From: Chiloscyllium plagiosum
Taxonomy: Eukaryota
DNA length: 54,754 nt
NCBI RefSeq assembly: GCF_004010195.1
Contig: NC_057718.1
Coordinates: 42,918,523-42,973,276, forward strand
Reading direction: 5' to 3'
Part shown: positions 25,972 to 39,236 of the stretch, piece by piece
How positions within the stretch are numbered: position 1 is the first letter of the stretch
Layout of the letters: every line of letters starts with the position of its first letter
Program-made: the position numbers and the translations under genes
The notes under the pieces: generated by a model
Databases searched by the model: none
The model's input: only the letters and a program-made list of their open reading frames with translations
Told to the model about the DNA's origin: nothing

Positions 25972-28379
25972 ATCCGATCAAATAAAGATATTCCTTCACC
26001 TTTATTTCTCTTCCCTCTCCATCCCCACTCCCAAAGCACTGTAACAACACCAACTGTCCTTTGTATTTTACTTAAGCTACTGGTGAGTCATTCCAACAAC
26101 TTAAATAAAAACATAAAAGATTGGCTCAAATGAGTTTTAGTTTTCAACTCAGTTGTTTGCACAGAAGGTAATAAATTTTATTATCTCGACAATTTAAACA
26201 GAATCTATAAAAAATTAACCTTTCTTCCGTTTACTCTCAGATGCTGTTACCATTAAATTGTAAGAACGTAGTCATGGGACAACATCAGCCAGTAAGAGTT
26301 TTATATACATCAGTGAAATGTTGCCTCCAAATCCTTTCTGTACAAATAATGTTCACAGCTATTTTTCACTACCTTGCTTCACAAAGTCAACACTAAAGAA
26401 TTTGACAACTCTAGCCAACAAAGGGAAGAAATGCCTGTATATTTCAATCCAGGAATCTCTGTGTGCAACTGAAGCAGAAAAAGGTGTAATCGGATGGCAG
26501 TAATGGACATTTGGGAATACACCTAAAATACAATGGCATGGGTTTAAGGGCTGCATGACTGACTGAAAAACTCAACTTAGTTTTGGTTCTTTAGTCAGCA
26601 TAACATCAGTACTGTGCCACACTAATGCCGGATGTCCGCTGATGATTAATTTAATCACACTTCATTTAAATCTTGACCTAATTTCTTTCCTCTAATTTTT
26701 GATCGAAGGGTAAACAGTATGACTGAGTTTACCTTATGATGATATTCAGTGACTCTACATCAGATTCAAAGATAGGAAGTGGCATGCCATCATGTTCCAT
26801 ATGAATGAGAAAGTTAAGTCTGGGCTAATAACACTTACATAAGTATTGAAAATATATCACAGGAGACAAAAAAACACATATAAGGTCTAATTGAATAAAA
26901 ATAGAGACTGTCTCTATATGTTAAAAGGATGCAACTAAACTGATGCATTTAGTTAAATCACAAACCGGAAGGTAGTCCCACCAGTTTGAAATGTTGTATT
27001 ACAGACTACAGAAAACACAAAGCTTTATATAAGATGCAACTTGCTTTGAATGTAAAGGGCTTATTTTGTTTATTGTGCGTTCCTTGATTTATGATAATTC
27101 CAGAAAAGCAACTAGTTTTGGTACAAGCAAACATTTAGGAAAGAAAGAACGATATTACTGCCATTATTAAATTACACCTGAACTTTACATTATTGTCACA
27201 CACCAGAATGTCAATCTTAACTAAACAAGACATATTCTGCTGTATTAGATTTTAGTTTAGCTTTACAAATGTGTACTACATAATAATGATAGACATGTAG
27301 TAACAGGATGCAACAGTTGTGATTGAGAATTGGTAGCTTGAGTCAATGAAGCTATTTTCACTTATAACCTATTACATTCCTGCTTGTCTATTATTACTTA
27401 ATTACTACACTTGAAAATTATTAACTCTCCTTTCCTCAAGGGAACAATGTGTATCAAATAGAATTCAATATTTGGAGGACAACACAGTGCTGCTTAAAAC
27501 CTGACATCTAAATGTTAGCTGAGTGTATGTCACACAATCTTAAGCACAGCATATAAGTCACACAGATGTTACTCAGAGCCTTTGTATAAATCAGTGGTCT
27601 ACTGTTAGAGCACTTCAAAATATACAGCACAAAAAGTATCATTTAATTCTATTTTTACTGGTTGGCATAAATAAACATGACAGCTAGTTAGAATTGTATA
27701 TGTTTTTGTTTCATGTTGCTGGTCAGGAAAATATGAGTATTTTCATGGCATCAATACTTAGAGCACATGCTTTTTTTCTGCTCAGATAATGGCTACCAAT
27801 GACATGTATAAGTTTTGTGGCCACTTTATTTCCCAACATTTCTTACATTTTTATTAAAATGCATCTGCTTTTAATTCATTAGGACATTTCAGTTTTCTGT
27901 TCTGTTACTTGTATTTTTGAATACAAGTCAGTATCATGAAGTCCTTCTACAGTTATGTAAACAGACAATTTTATTTTTAGAAAAAATAGCTACAGATGTG
28001 GTTGCATGAGCAATCCTCATTATTGATCAGTGTGGGGTAGGTTTGCTGCCATTGTCCTGTTTTGTGTTGGGATCTGCAGGACCCATTTGATATGGTATGG
28101 AATGGTCTGGAGGAAAACCACTTACTAGTGTTATGACAAGAGATTCTTACCTTAAACAAGATGTAGTTTAATACATGTTAGCAATTTAATACAAGTTATA
28201 CCAATATAATAAACATTGTTACAGAAACTTTGGGGAAGATCTGCATAATAAGTCTTACTCCATTGAGATCCTAAGCTGTTCTTCCATTAGGTCAATAACA
28301 TTTATTGTGAGTGGTGCTTAAGGCATGACACAGTACTATGGTTTTCAGACCATTTCATCCTAAGACGGTGCATATGATT

Positions 28380-28935
28380 ACACTTACCATTACCACGTCT
28401 ATCCCCAAGTCTCTGACTTCACAAATTCATATGATCTGCAGGTTTCACTATTCTCAAAAAATGTATTCTCTTTAGACTTGCAAGACTGGCAGATTTTTGG
28501 GTTGAAGACCATTGACCTCAATTCTATTTCAGAGAGTGTAAGGCCTCTGAGTCATTTTATTTCAAAATTTTTCTTTGAATTCATGCCAATCAAGTAGTAC
28601 TGAATGATTGGTCCACAAAGGGATAAGATTCCTGCAAATACTTTGTACAACTCCTGCTATTTGAACAATATAGTATCACTGTTGATCTCCTTCAATGACT
28701 GTACTTTTCCTGTTAAGATGCCATATCCGCACCTGTTGCCCTTGGTCCAAATCTGTTAACTGTTTTGCACAGTGATACTCAGTTTCACCCACCAATTGTG
28801 GGTATCTCAGAGAGCTTGTGACATGTGCAATTCAAGATCTGTCTGCAAGTTGGCTTAAACACTCATTAGCAAACTTGTATCAGTTGTCCAGTATGACTAC
28901 AACAGGGATACTATGCATTGTAAACACTCCTTGCC
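28380..28935 (-). pseudogene. Decayed Gypsy/Ty3 integrase fragment
   Basis: Minus translation VFTMHSIPVVVILDN*YKFANECLSQLADRS*IAHVTSSLRYPQLVGETE (~28927-28778) matches the integrase core pattern IFARHGIP..VVSDNGPQF...HVTSSP.YPQSNG.AE. An RSYE motif lies at ~28430. Confidence 0.75.
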
Positions 28936-29280
28936 ATGCCTGACAAAATAGTCTATATCAGCAGCATCCTTTCACTATCCGGCTGAACCCAGATTCAGGG
29001 CTAACCCCACAGATCATTGGCACCTGTAACTACCTTGAAAAGATGCAAATATAGCTCCCGGGAGTTCTGAATGTTATCGAAGGGAGGCAGCATGCCCCTT
29101 ACCAAGTCTGGAATATTTTTACAATTGATTGTGGATTCTTCCTTGTTGAATCTTGTGAGAAAAACTTTCTTCTGTAGGTTCATCATATTACAGTTTGCCT
29201 GAGCAGGATTCTTAAAGCTCTGTATGAGGAAATCTTCAGATCTCCACCACTGGCAGTCTGTGGTATGAGGCAGCTAAATA

Positions 29281-29302
29281 GAATCCAAACTGCTGCTCAC
29301 CA
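29281..29302 (-). other. Possible degenerate primer-binding site of the Gypsy relic
   Basis: Minus strand CA|TGGTGAGCAGCAGTTTGGATTC resembles a tRNA-Leu PBS (TGGTGGCAGCGGTGGGATTC). It lies upstream of an MLPPFD gag-like motif and the integrase. Confidence 0.3.
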
Positions 29303-31337
29303 TGTAGTGGTGATCCTCATTAGTGCTCACCATGCAATAGATCTGCTTCCACCACCCTCTGTTAGCTTAGGAATCTACAGGGTACACTTCGTCTGGTGTG
29401 CTAAGGGGGAAATCACTTGCTAATCTTATAAGCAGAGGCTCCTGTTTAAACAATTTACAGTGTATTGCATGTTAGCAAGGAAATGTAAGTTACACTGATA
29501 TAATAGATATTATTACAGAAATTATGAGGAGAAGATGAATGGTAAGACTTTCTCCTTCAAAATACAAAGCTGCTCTTCCACCAGGCCTATATGACATCAT
29601 TGTTGGAGATGGTGGATAAAACACTCCTCAGTTTTAACCTTTCAGACCATTAAACCCTTATGAAGCACTATACTTCCTTCAACATAGTCTGTGATATTTG
29701 AGAGGTTCTGCCTCCCCAAAATGCTCAAATATGAAGTTCCAATGCTTCCACTTAAGGATGTTAACATGTGCTGTTTAACATATTGTGGTTTAGCTAAATT
29801 ACAGATGAGTTAAATTTGACAGCATTGATAAAATCATAAATTTTCATAATATTCCATTTTTGCATTGCCCTTTAAGAATCTCTTAGGTCATGACTTCTCA
29901 AAACACATTTTGCTGATATTTGTTTTTCGAGACATAGGCTTAAAAGTGATCTGATATATACCCATAAAGTAATTAAGACATTATACTAGTTTAACAGGTT
30001 GGGAAGGATCGAAGGTTATCAATAGAAACAGAAAGTAGTGAACCTCTGGAAATATATTGTCTACTGTTGTACAGTATGTTAACTCTCTGTATGCCTTCAA
30101 GAGGGAATTGGGCTAGTTCTTCACTAAGTCAAAGATCACATCAGTAAAGGTTATATGTCATAACAGAAAACATTTGTTTAGTATCATCTCTGAGGCATGT
30201 TTTGATGGTCTGATTGTGTGTGAGAAGATTATTCCAAAGCTTTTTTTCCCCTTATTACCCTGAATACTTTCACTCTTTATTTGCCTCTCTCAGGAGATTA
30301 CATTGTTGTGAAGAAAGAAGGTATTTACTAATAAACATGTATATCAGGCAGAGGGAATGGATGATTATGATGTTCAATTTATATATGAAAAGACAGGAGA
30401 AGCTTGAGTGGAACATAAACACTGGCATTGATTGCTTTCTGTGTCATATGTAATCATATGGAATGGACTTGTCTTAGAATGAGCTGGATTTGACAGTCCA
30501 ATTGGGCTTTGTGATGCATCCATTTTGAACATTTGTATTTTTACAACAAATCTGGTCCTTCACAAAAAACACAACTTTGTACCAATTAGTGAAGGTGATT
30601 TGGAATTCAGACAGTTACAGCTTTACATTAAGAAACAGTCAAGAGAAAACTGCATAATCTGGAGTGTTTTTTGTAAAGATACAACTACTTTGACTTTTAT
30701 TTTAAATATGCAAAATGTATTTTCAAGATCTGATATACCATTATTTCCTCTTCCATTAAGTAAGTCTATTGTTTCTGCTATTAACCTTTTTGTAAAACCA
30801 TAGTGGAGAACTTTGAGAACAAATCATTGAGTTTTTTTTTAATATTCTGATTGTAATGTTAAATTTTAATCTTGTGCCATAATAGGAAGTCCAGGTCATC
30901 CAAGAATTGAAGCATCCATTCAGGAAACTAATCTATTGCAATTAAAAACACAAATATGTACTGGAATAAATCTATTGGCATTAGAAACTTGACAGACTTG
31001 TTGTCGGAATTCTTTGGGATAAATTTGGTGTGTTAATCAGTGAAGCCTCAAGTCTTTTATCTGGGAATGCTGAAAATCTCAATTCCCCATCAAAATAAGT
31101 ACACGACATTGCGGTGCCTTGTCCCCACATGAAATTTTCAGCAAGGAATCATTGAGAAGGGCACATTCACTGAAGCACCTAAAGAAGAATGCTTTCTTCA
31201 AGGGTACTTTGAACTTAAGTTTGAAGTTGGTGGGTGTGTCTTTTTTATATTGAGGAATAAAAGAAATGTCTAAGGAAGGAGATATTATGCATGGTATCAC
31301 TAACGTTCTTCAAAAAGTGAAAAATATGTTGAGTTAT

Positions 31338-31647
31338 GGGCGCTACGGTGGCACAGTGGTTAGCACTGCTGCCTCACAGTGCCGGAGACCCGGGTTCAGT
31401 ACCCGCCTCAGGCAACTGACTGTGTGGAGTTTGCACGTTCTCCCGTGTCTGCGTGGGTTTCCTCTGGATGCTCCGGTTTCCTCCCACAGTCCAAAGATGT
31501 GCAGGTCAGGTGAATTGGCCATGCTAAAATTGCCCGTAGTGTTAGGAAAGGGGTAAATGTAGGGGTATGGGTGGGTTGTGCTTCGGCAGGTCGATGTGGA
31601 CTTGTTGGGCCGAAGGGCCTGTTTCCACACTGTAATCTAATCTAATC
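31338..31647 (+). mobile_element. HE1-type V-SINE, full length
   Basis: A box TGGCACAGTGG, B-box-like GGTTCAGTACC, V domain, tail GGGCCTGTTTCCACACTG(TAATC)3. TTATG on both sides is a possible TSD. Confidence 0.95.
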
Positions 31648-32045
31648 TTATGCTATAGATTAAATGGTTCAATCCATTGTAATAGAAGTAGCATCGAGAC
31701 ATTACTGCAGAGATTGAAATGCCTTTAATAATGTGACATAGAATTGAAAGTCCTATCTCTGGGTTCAATGAGTTTTCTTCAATTGCATTCCAATGTTACC
31801 AATAAAAAAACTTATCTTTATAACTTTGAATTCCAGGAAACTTTTATCAGCAATTATAGAGGTATAATTGTTGTTTCATTCTTTTAATGTCATGTAATTG
31901 TGAAATATCTTTCATAAAGTATTATGAAATTACATTTGTTATAAGGTTCTTTTAGGCTTTAGAATATTTCTATTTTACTTTAAACTACATATGCATATCA
32001 TGGTACTTTTCATTATGCTATATGTTACTTTAAAAAATCTTTAAA

Positions 32046-32083
32046 ATCACCAGTATCACCAGTGTCACCAGTATCACCAGTAT
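32046..32083. repeat. 9-bp tandem repeat (ATCACCAGT)x4
   Basis: ATCACCAGT ATCACCAGT GTCACCAGT ATCACCAGT AT. Confidence 0.9.
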
Positions 32084-32199
32084 TCCTATTCTGAATGAAT
32101 GTTAAAGACTTGCATTTAGATAAGATTGCTTTAGATTCTATAGTGACAAGTTATGACACATTTGTTAGAAAATACAATTAAAGACAGGACTCAAGTAAT

Positions 32200-33090
32200 T
32201 AGAAACACAGAAAAATATGAGCAGGAGAAGGCTATTGAGCAGGCCTTTGTGCCTGCTATGCAACTCAACAATGATCACTCCTGATCATCCATCTCAGTGC
32301 CCTGTTCCCACTTTCTCCCCATACTATTTGATCATTCTTTCCCTGAGAACTATATTTAACACCTTCTTGAAAACATTTGATATATTAGATTCAACTGTTT
32401 TCTGTGACAAGGTCACCACTCTCTGGATGAAGAATTTTTTCCCTATCTCAGTCCTAATTGGCCTGTCCCATATCCTTGGACTTAGGACCCCACTCCTGGA
32501 CTTAGCAGACATTGGGAGCTTCCTTCCTGCATTTACCTTGTCTCGTCCTGTTAGAATCCCATGGGTTCCTATAAGATTCCCTCTCTTCTAAACTCCAGTA
32601 AATGTAGTACTAACTGATCCAATCTCTCTTCATATGTCAGTCCTGCAATCCGTCTGGAATTCAGTCTGGTAAACATTTGTTGCCCTCCCTTCAGAGATAG
32701 AGAGGCAGTTAATAAGTACATGAATAGGAAAGAATGAAATGGAAAGCTATGGGCCAAGAGCAGACAGGTGGGGCTAGTTTAATTAAGGATTATGGATTGG
32801 TTGGACCAAAGGGGAGAAAATTAATACTGCAGATGCTGGAGGTCAGAATCAAACAGTGTGGTGTTGGAAAAGCACAGCTGGTCAGGCAGCATCCGAGGAG
32901 CAGGAGAATCAACATTTTGAGTATAAGTGCTTCATTAGGAATCTGTCTGTTTCCATCCTATATGACTCTGTGGCTCCATAGGGAGACCAAAATTCCACGA
33001 AACACTCCAGGTGTGGTCTCATCAAGGACCTGTACAGTTGGAACAAGACATCCTCCTCCTGTACTCAAATTCTCTCACAATGAAGGCTAC
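32200..33090 (-). mobile_element. CR1 3' fragment with nested plus-strand HER1 tail (~32695-32810, ~32940-32970) and PLE fragment (~32815-32935)
   Basis: Minus ORFs IRTEIGKKFFIQRVVTL and FTRL...GLTYEERLDQL. PLE motif CTGCAGATGCTGGAG...GGAAAAGCACAGC...GCAGCATCCGAGGAGCAGG. Confidence 0.75.
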
Positions 33091-33299
33091 TAAGCAAGCA
33101 GTTTAAGTAATTTTTAACCTTGTATTTACTGGACAATGTGAAAAATTACCCAAATCTATCCTATCCAAAACAATGGGAAAAAAATCCAACTATCCATTTA
33201 CTTTTATTAAACTACTCCCAAATATCAAAAAGAAAGATGGAAGAACTCATCCAAAGTGCTGTTAAGCAATACGTTCAAGAATCAACAGCTCACTCTGCT

Positions 33300-34420
33300 C
33301 ATTTTGGATTCCTCCAGGACTGTTTAGGTGCAGATTTCATTACAGCCTTGGTGTAAATGAGCTGAATTTCAAACATGAGATGAGATGGGACTGACTGTCC
33401 CTGACACCAAGAAAAAAATTGATGAGGTATCACATGGAGGAGCCCTGAAGAAATAAAGGCAGTTGCCATCAGGTGAAAGTTCTCCAGTGGCTCATGAAAA
33501 TGTATGGCTTTTAGAGGATAATCATCTCAGTTTTAGGTTATTGCTTCAATATTTCCTCAAGAAAGTGTTCTAGGCTCCATCAGCTTCACCTACATTATCA
33601 GGGACCCTCCACCATCATCAGGCCAGTATTGACATTGTTTGGTGATGATTTCACAATGTTCAGCACTCTCAATTCCTCAGATAATGAAGTAGTCTATATT
33701 TGCATCAACTAACAACATTTAGGATTGACCTGATTTATTCTAAGAAATATTTATGGCACACAAAAATCAGACAAGGGCAGTCTGAAGCAAGAGAGAGCTT
33801 AACTAACTCCTTCTAACATGCAACAGAATTCACATTGTTAGGTCCACTCTCACTAAGATCTTGAGGTCACTATTGACTGGAAACTTTACTGGATTAGCTG
33901 CACAAAGGTCATAAGAACTGCCCAGAGTGTGATAGTTCTACAAGCGACTCACCTCCTGACTCTAAAGTTTCTTTAATAGTTGCAAGACAAAAGACAAGAC
34001 TTTGCTGCAGTACTTTCTACATATCTAAATGGATGTATCACAAGATATTTGATAGCATCCAGGACAAAGCAATCTAATTAATCAAAATCTATTCCATCAC
34101 CTTAAAAATTCACAGTAACTTCAGGGGACACCATAACAGGATGGATAACAGTAATGTACCAAGGCTGCTCTGGCAATACTTCACCATCCTGGGATGAGGT
34201 TTTCTTGCAGGCACATGTGAATATTATTACCTTCAAGCTGCTCTCCAATTTACACAATATCCTGATTTGGACACACTGCCATTCCTTTACACTCACCTTC
34301 AAACTCCTTACCCAACTGCACGGGCAGCACTTGCATTTTTCAGACTACGTTTGATGGGGCAACTGGGACAGATAACACATGCTGGCCTTTCCAGGGAGAT
34401 CAAGACCTCAAGAATTTTAA
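33300..34420 (+). mobile_element. Old CR1/L2-clade LINE 3' portion
   Basis: Degenerate RT segment GTGTTCTAGGCTCCATCAGCTTCACC...TTTGGTGATGAT (FADD-like). The tail (GGGGCAACTGGGACAGATAACACATGCTGGCCTT) is shared with 40030-40100 and 52515-52580. Confidence 0.65.
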
Positions 34421-34689
34421 AAAATTCTGAAGATGCACCATCTTATGATTCTTTGGGCACGATTCTTCAACTTTTTTCCCAATACCCACTTTAGCTCCAC
34501 ATCTTATTTCCATTCAACTGGAGGCCATCACATAAAGGGAAGCTGTCAAACAAATCTGAATATTACTTTATATGTATAAATTCCAAAAGCAAACAGAAAG
34601 AAAATGAATGGAAGCTGCATTTCTCTCCAAGAATAGAATCACTTGCAGCAACAATTTTATTGTCAAGGATGAGTTGTTGTACCGATCTA

Positions 34690-35760
34690 TCGTCTACTGC
34701 AATCAGGTGACAGTCAATTTCCAGCTGCCAATGCAACTGAGCTCTGTCATGCACAATGTGAGCTTCCTCTTCCTCAATGTCCTCATGTTCTTTTTCAAAG
34801 GACTGCTCATGTTCTCCCAGTTTCTCAGCATCCATCGTGGCTATTCCAGTGTAAAGGGTATATCACACTCGCACTACACGGCACACTTTGTCTGAAGTAT
34901 ATTCCAGGGCCCAACAAGACCATTTCAAGCAGTGGAAACATACTTTCACCTGGCCCACTGTCTGCTCTACCATGGCCTTCATCAAAGCATTATATCTAGA
35001 GTCATGCTGCTCAAAGTCTCCTCAGCCACATTCAGTGACTAGCCCATGTCCCCCATTATTTAGCATTGCAAGGCTCCTGCTTCTGAAACACCAGGTGTTT
35101 GCAGATCTCCTGCACATTAATGGAGTGAAACACAATTCTACTGATGAACTCCACTGTGTTGTGGTATGGCCCTCTCAGTGCATTGCATGCAATTGATGGC
35201 ATCCTGCATTTGAGAGAAGCCAGTTTTATTCTGAATTATACTGACCAGGCTGCAGCACCCTCTTCGATACAGGGGAATGAACTGAATCGGTGTGATTTCA
35301 CACAAAGTGCCACTGTCTTGACACATTTGCGCGTGCATGACTGAAAGGTCCTACACAGAGCACTCATCAAGAAGAAATGGAAGAGGTCAGTTGTTTCGAG
35401 CTTCAATGCAGCTATCACTTTCACAACCACCAAGATTGGATGGCCACTCAGTCTTTCAGATCTAAAGTTCCAATCCAGCAGCTAGCAAGCTAACTGTGTT
35501 CCAGGACATACAGAATCTACATTAACTGTGCACCTTATTTATCCAAAGGAAATGGCTTCAAGGATGAAGGACCTTGGCCCTCCTCTACGACCAATGCATC
35601 CTGAGGGGTCCTGCAGCTGTAACCTCTTCCTGTGTTTGAGGCTTTTTATGCTTTTCAGCTTCCATGCCAGGTTGCTGCTGCTCCTGGCTTGCCTCCTTCA
35701 TAACACAGCCACTGTAATGACCACACCTTCTGTGGCTGGATTCATTCCTCATGGTTACAA
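34690..35760 (-). pseudogene. Decayed PIF/Harbinger (HARBI1-like, DDE_Tnp_4) transposase
   Basis: Ordered motifs across frameshifts: GHPILVVVKVIAAL, GFSQMQDAINC, EFISRIVFHSINVQEIC, MGDMG, RYN...VEQTVGQVKVCFHCL...ALEYTSDKV, then an acidic tail EHEDIEEEE. Multiple stops and deletions. Confidence 0.8.
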
Positions 35761-38301
35761 TGAACTTGTGCTGGGAACATAAGGAACAGAACACATGCTT
35801 AGCTATAAGAAAATGTAATGCTCACATACCCTGCAGATGTCGGCTGAACACATTCCTCCATAACATAAGACATGAATCATCCCAACAAGAATGGCCATGT
35901 ATTGGATTGTCATGGCTCTTCAAGTGAGGCACTTATTTGGAAGATTTGCTCCACAAGTCATGAGCAAATATGTAACAGTACAATTGAAATGCTTCACATG
36001 TACTTAACCTTCATAGTCCCATACCAGCCACAAATCATGATATCATTGTAGAGAAGGGAGTAATGTATAACACTTACAGGGACTCAGGTTGGTTCCCTAT
36101 ATGGTGGGCATTGCTTAGGACCAGCATTGGCATTCCCTGTATTTTTGCAATGTATGCATTTTACATGCACAATAGTGTGATTGCAAGTGATGTGAACCTG
36201 TATTCACAAGTGCATGTTTGATGTAATTGCCATTCATATGAACTTCCAATGAGCTGAAGCGAAACCTGCACTTTTGATCATCAAATTGGGATGGACAGTA
36301 CTCATTCTGGATATTGTCCCAGACAGTTTCCAGTTGCAGAACACCTTTAGCCATTAAAACACCATGACAGGAACATAGATCGCAGTGGACATTGCCACAT
36401 TTGGGCTTAGCCTTGTCAGATACCTCCCCAAGGCCTTCATCCCCTGTTCCAGCTTGTTCTCCCTGCGCAGCCTATTCCAACTGAAGCAGTACATATTAAT
36501 ATCTGCCACACCAAGATATGACTCCAATTTTTCTCCTCTCTGTCTGAGCCTGGGCCACAATAGTTCAGTAATACCCATCTTTGATCTCCAGTGTCACCCT
36601 GTGTCTAATGCCTATTGACTGTTCCCTGCACCACTGCGCACCCCCCCCCCCCCAACAGCATCCCATGACCTTCCATTCACTACTGATGTCCCTCTTCCTC
36701 TTATACATCAAGTTTCCCTTTTCACTGTCCTTGTCTCCTCATCAACACAAGCTTCTGTCTGCCCTCTCTCAGCATTGTATACCTCACCTCTCTATCACCA
36801 CAGTGACTCCACTAGCCCTCAATAGCCATTCCAACTCATCCCATCTCAATTTACAGAACTGATTACTCTCCAAACCTGGATAGACTTCAATATACAACCT
36901 TGAATAAGGCTCTCCAGGCGCTGAGCTCTCATTACAAGTGTCCAATCGATGACCTGTGAATTACTGTGAATCCCCCGACTGCTTGCACTGGACCTATATG
37001 ACTTACTGTGGCCCACTCCCCAGTGAGCTAAAGTCCACAACAATGACTGCCCTAAGCAGATGACTGATGGTGCCCAAGCCCCTGTTCTCTGTGTGGGTGC
37101 TGCCCTTGACTGGGATTCCCTGATGACAGCAGCCACCCCATGAGTCAACTGAGGCATACTCCCCACAGCCCTTCAGACATGACCATTTGGGCACAGTACA
37201 TGGAGTATGTTTGGTTTGAGCAGCTGCATGTGCTGTAAGTGTGAGATTGACATAGCACCATGATGTAGCAGCATGATATTCACCCCTCGATTAATTGCTA
37301 TTGAGAATTATAATATGCAGCCTGGCCTCTGCACTTGTGTTATACGTCAAGTCAATACTGTGAACCTTTAGGCTCTGGCTGAGGTGCCAACCTGCTAAAA
37401 GGCAAGGGTAGGGATGTTGTTGTGAACTTACAGGGAGGTAGTAAGCGAGTGACTGATAAGAGAGCAAATGAGAAGCCTAAGATGCAGCGTGCTCCCATCC
37501 ACGTGCTGCGTGCCTGTCCGTGTGTCAAGACTGTACTGCTGGAAAAGCACAGCAAGTCAGGCAGCATCCAAGGAGCAGGGGAATCAACGGTTCGGATATA
37601 AGCCCTTCATCAGGAATGAGCCCTTTCTTCAGGCTTATGTCTGAAACATCAATTCTCCTGCTCCTTGGATGCTGCCTGACCAGCAGTGCCTTTCCAGCAC
37701 CATACTCTCGACTCTGATCTCCAGCATCTGCAATCCTCACTTTCTCCTGTCCATGTGTGTAAAGCATTCTCGCAGCAATATTTCAATAATAGTTGCCAAT
37801 ATGTCCCAAAGTGCAGCATTGAGGTGCAGTAATGTTATGCAAGTGCACTGAAATGAGCCATAATGACACAGAGGGGTTAGTATTTGTCAGATGCTAGCAT
37901 TCATGGACATGGGTTGTGTCCAGAGTTATCCAGGAGCATTCCCCTCTGATGCTGATACCAAGCATCCACGATGGCAGCCTAGCAGAACATGCTGGGGTCA
38001 CCTTGTTGATTTCCATTTGAGAATTATTGGAATCTAGTTTCTTCCCATCCTGTTGTATGATAGGAAGCTATATATGAATGAGACAAGGTTTGCAGTTAAT
38101 AAGAGCAATAACAAAAATAATCCCCATTAGTAGGCCTCTCACTGCTCCCGAATGAGAACCTCACCTTGACATCTGGAACTCTGTTAGAAAATGCAACTAA
38201 TCGCTCTTGACATCAAGAAAGGCCTTGCTGGACTTCAAGTACAATTCTCCCAGATTTTCTGCCATTGTCCATGTCATTCAGGGTCTGATAAAATTCTTTA
38301 C
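35761..38301 (-). mobile_element. Probable remainder of the Harbinger element (second Myb/SANT-like ORF region and terminus)
   Basis: GC-richer decayed sequence contiguous with the transposase, with weak ARA*RFT and NRLRREN motifs. Ends in AAAATTCTTTAC followed by TAA (Harbinger-type TSD). Confidence 0.35.
37526..37745. mobile_element. Penelope-like palindromic short element
   Basis: Imperfect inverted arms. Flanking direct repeat CCTGTCC(G/A)TGTGT at 37513-37525 and 37746-37758. Confidence 0.8.
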
Positions 38302-38374
38302 TAAGTGAACAATCAGGAGACATCATCAGACCTCGCACTGACAAAGGCAAAGGAAGGTCTGGGAATTAAGCTCA

Positions 38375-38478
38375 GAAACAAAAACAGAAATTGCTGGAAA
38401 AGCTCAGCAGGTCTGGCAGCATCTATGGAGAGAAATCAGAGTTAACATTTTGGGTCCAGTGACCCTACCTCAGACTTC
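38375..38478. mobile_element. Old Penelope-like short element
   Basis: AAACAGAAATTGCTGGAAAAGCTCAGCAGGTCTGGCAGCATCTATGGAG...GTTAACATTTTGGGTCCAGTGACCCT. Confidence 0.65.
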
Positions 38479-38547
38479 TTCACATCATTCATAGTTCTTT
38501 AGGTTTTAATTTGGTAATTAAGCTATTTAGAATTCTGTTTAAGACAG

Positions 38548-38666
38548 GCAAAAGTGGGTACTGCAGATACTGGAGATTAGAATCAAGATTAGAGTAGTAC
38601 TGAAAAAGCACAACAAGTCAGGCAGCATCTGAGGAACAGGAAAATTGATGTTTTGGGCAAAAGTTC
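38548..38666. mobile_element. Penelope-like single-arm insertion
   Basis: Homologous to the 3689 and 14621 elements. Flanked by TTCTGTTT(A/C)AGACAG at 38533-38547 and 38667-38681. Confidence 0.75.
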
Positions 38667-38922
38667 TTCTGTTTCAGACAGCCAATTGCCTTTGACTATG
38701 TAAGCTTTCTGCGTGTCCTCATGAAATTTATGATAGCTCTGAGCTGCCATCAATTCTCCTGAGGGATTCTGAGGGTGTTCTGTACTGGATGGAATTCCTG
38801 GGGTAGCATGGCAACAATCCTGGAATGCCCTCTTGAAAGAGGAGTGAAGGAATGTATTTCATTTGCCCAAACTGAATTTTGTGGCCTTTCTTTATTGGAC
38901 AGATTCTTACAAAACTTGCATC

Positions 38923-38978
38923 TTCCCGCCTCAGGCGACTGACTGTGTGGAGTTTGCACGTTCTCCCCGTGTCTGCGT

Positions 38979-39009
<31 letters not shown>

Positions 39010-39172
39010 ATAGTCCAAAGATGTGCAGGCTAGGTGAATTGGCCATGCTAAATTGCCCGTAGTGTTAGGTAAGGGATAAATGTAGGGGTATGGGTGGGTA
39101 GCGCTTCGACGGGTCGGTGTGGACTTGTTGGGCCGAAGGGCCTGTTTCCACACTGTAATGTAATCTAATCTA
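38923..39172 (+). mobile_element. HE1-type V-SINE, 5'-truncated
   Basis: Starts mid-head (TTCCCGCCTCAGGCGACTGACTGTGTGGAG); closely similar to the 31338 copy; TAATC tail. Confidence 0.93.
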
Positions 39173-39236
39173 CTCCATTTCCTGGAACCCCAACCAGTAA
39201 ATCTGCTGTGTGACCACCATGCTGTAAGCAGTCTCA

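Noticed and set aside
31338..31410. tRNA-like sequence with A and B boxes
   Set aside because: It is the HE1 SINE head; no full cloverleaf or terminator. The same applies to the other SINE heads.
32046..32083. Short repeated units as a CRISPR-like array
   Set aside because: Head-to-tail 9-mers without spacers in vertebrate DNA; a simple tandem repeat.
34690..35760. Domesticated host HARBI1 gene
   Set aside because: Multiple stops, frameshifts and loss of a conserved segment indicate a dead transposon copy.
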